DNA from: Bacteroidales bacterium
GTDB lineage: Bacteria > Bacteroidota > Bacteroidia > Bacteroidales > WCHB1-69
Assembly (NCBI GenBank): GCA_017615595.1
Contig: JAFZZT010000046.1
Location: forward strand, 4,746-68,745
DNA length: 64,000 nucleotides
Reading direction: 5' to 3'
Made by a program: the position numbers and the translations under genes. This document shows, piece after piece, positions 63,790-64,000 of this stretch (positions are counted from its first letter, which is position 1; each line of letters begins with the position of its first letter). The notes beneath the pieces were generated by a model, which was given only the letters and a program-made list of their open reading frames with translations, had not been told where the DNA came from and did not search any database.

Positions 63790-63880
63790 CTGCCTAAACA
63801 ACCCCTGACCATCACGAGAAACACTGTTCCCTCTTCACTGTTCACTAAAAAAAGTATCTTCGCGGCAAATTTTAATGATT

Positions 63881-64000
63881 ATGAAAAAGATTCTGATTGT
63901 GCTATTCTGCTGCCTATCAGCACAATTCGCCTTCGCCAACGACGGTGTCTTCTACGCTGCCGGCAACCAATTGATACCGATTACCGAGACAGACATCAGC
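63881..64000 (+). CDS. partial CDS (N-terminus): secreted protein, possibly DUF4424-like
   Basis: MKKILIVLFCCLSAQFAFANDGVFYAAGNQLIPITETDIS, open to the window end. An in-frame ATG at 63875 is an alternative start. Confidence 0.45.
   Translation, partial: MKKILIVLFCCLSAQFAFANDGVFYAAGNQLIPITETDIS

Overview
About 64 kb of chromosomal DNA from a Bacteroidota, probably Bacteroidales, genome. Support for that placement: TAnnTTTG-type -7 promoter boxes, very short leaders, T9SS C-terminal sorting domains, and the parA-parB-DUF5683-dapB-lepB and ftsK-lolA syntenies. I call 57 protein genes (2 partial at the window edges), one tRNA-Lys(CTT), several hairpin terminators and several repeat systems. I saw no rRNA, CRISPR array, cas gene, transposase, integrase or reverse transcriptase. 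Most of the window is housekeeping: rplS, rplY, pyrF-pyrK-pyrD, cdd, galE, dapB, lepB, parAB, yidC, mfd, ftsK, exbBD-tonB and folC. Four places stand out. (1) A 1013-bp cassette at 55112-56124 lies between a tonB-like gene and folC. It holds a GxxExxY (PD-(D/E)XK-like) gene with its own promoter, a 31-bp tandem array on one side, a 9-bp tandem array of the reverse-complement word on the other, and perfect 30-bp terminal inverted repeats. (2) An AT-richer accessory patch at about 59.2-63.9 kb has orphan secreted, lipoprotein and toxin-like genes. It also has a 56-bp direct repeat (53/56) 2.7 kb apart, a candidate three-hairpin sRNA of about 87 nt, and a promoter plus 85-nt leader of about 125 bp duplicated in inverted orientation in front of two convergent genes. 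(3) A SatD-like (cyclase-fold plus HTH) / DUF3307 (SatE-like) / CPA2 antiporter operon is preceded by three exactly 29-bp-phased palindromes, TTATAAG-N8-CTTATAA. (4) Two lysine-fermentation genes (kdd, kamA) lie 38 kb apart without the rest of the pathway. All family assignments come from motif recognition by eye. No BLAST, HMM, folding or GC computation was run. Many start codons were moved relative to the ORF track, and the reasons are given per feature.
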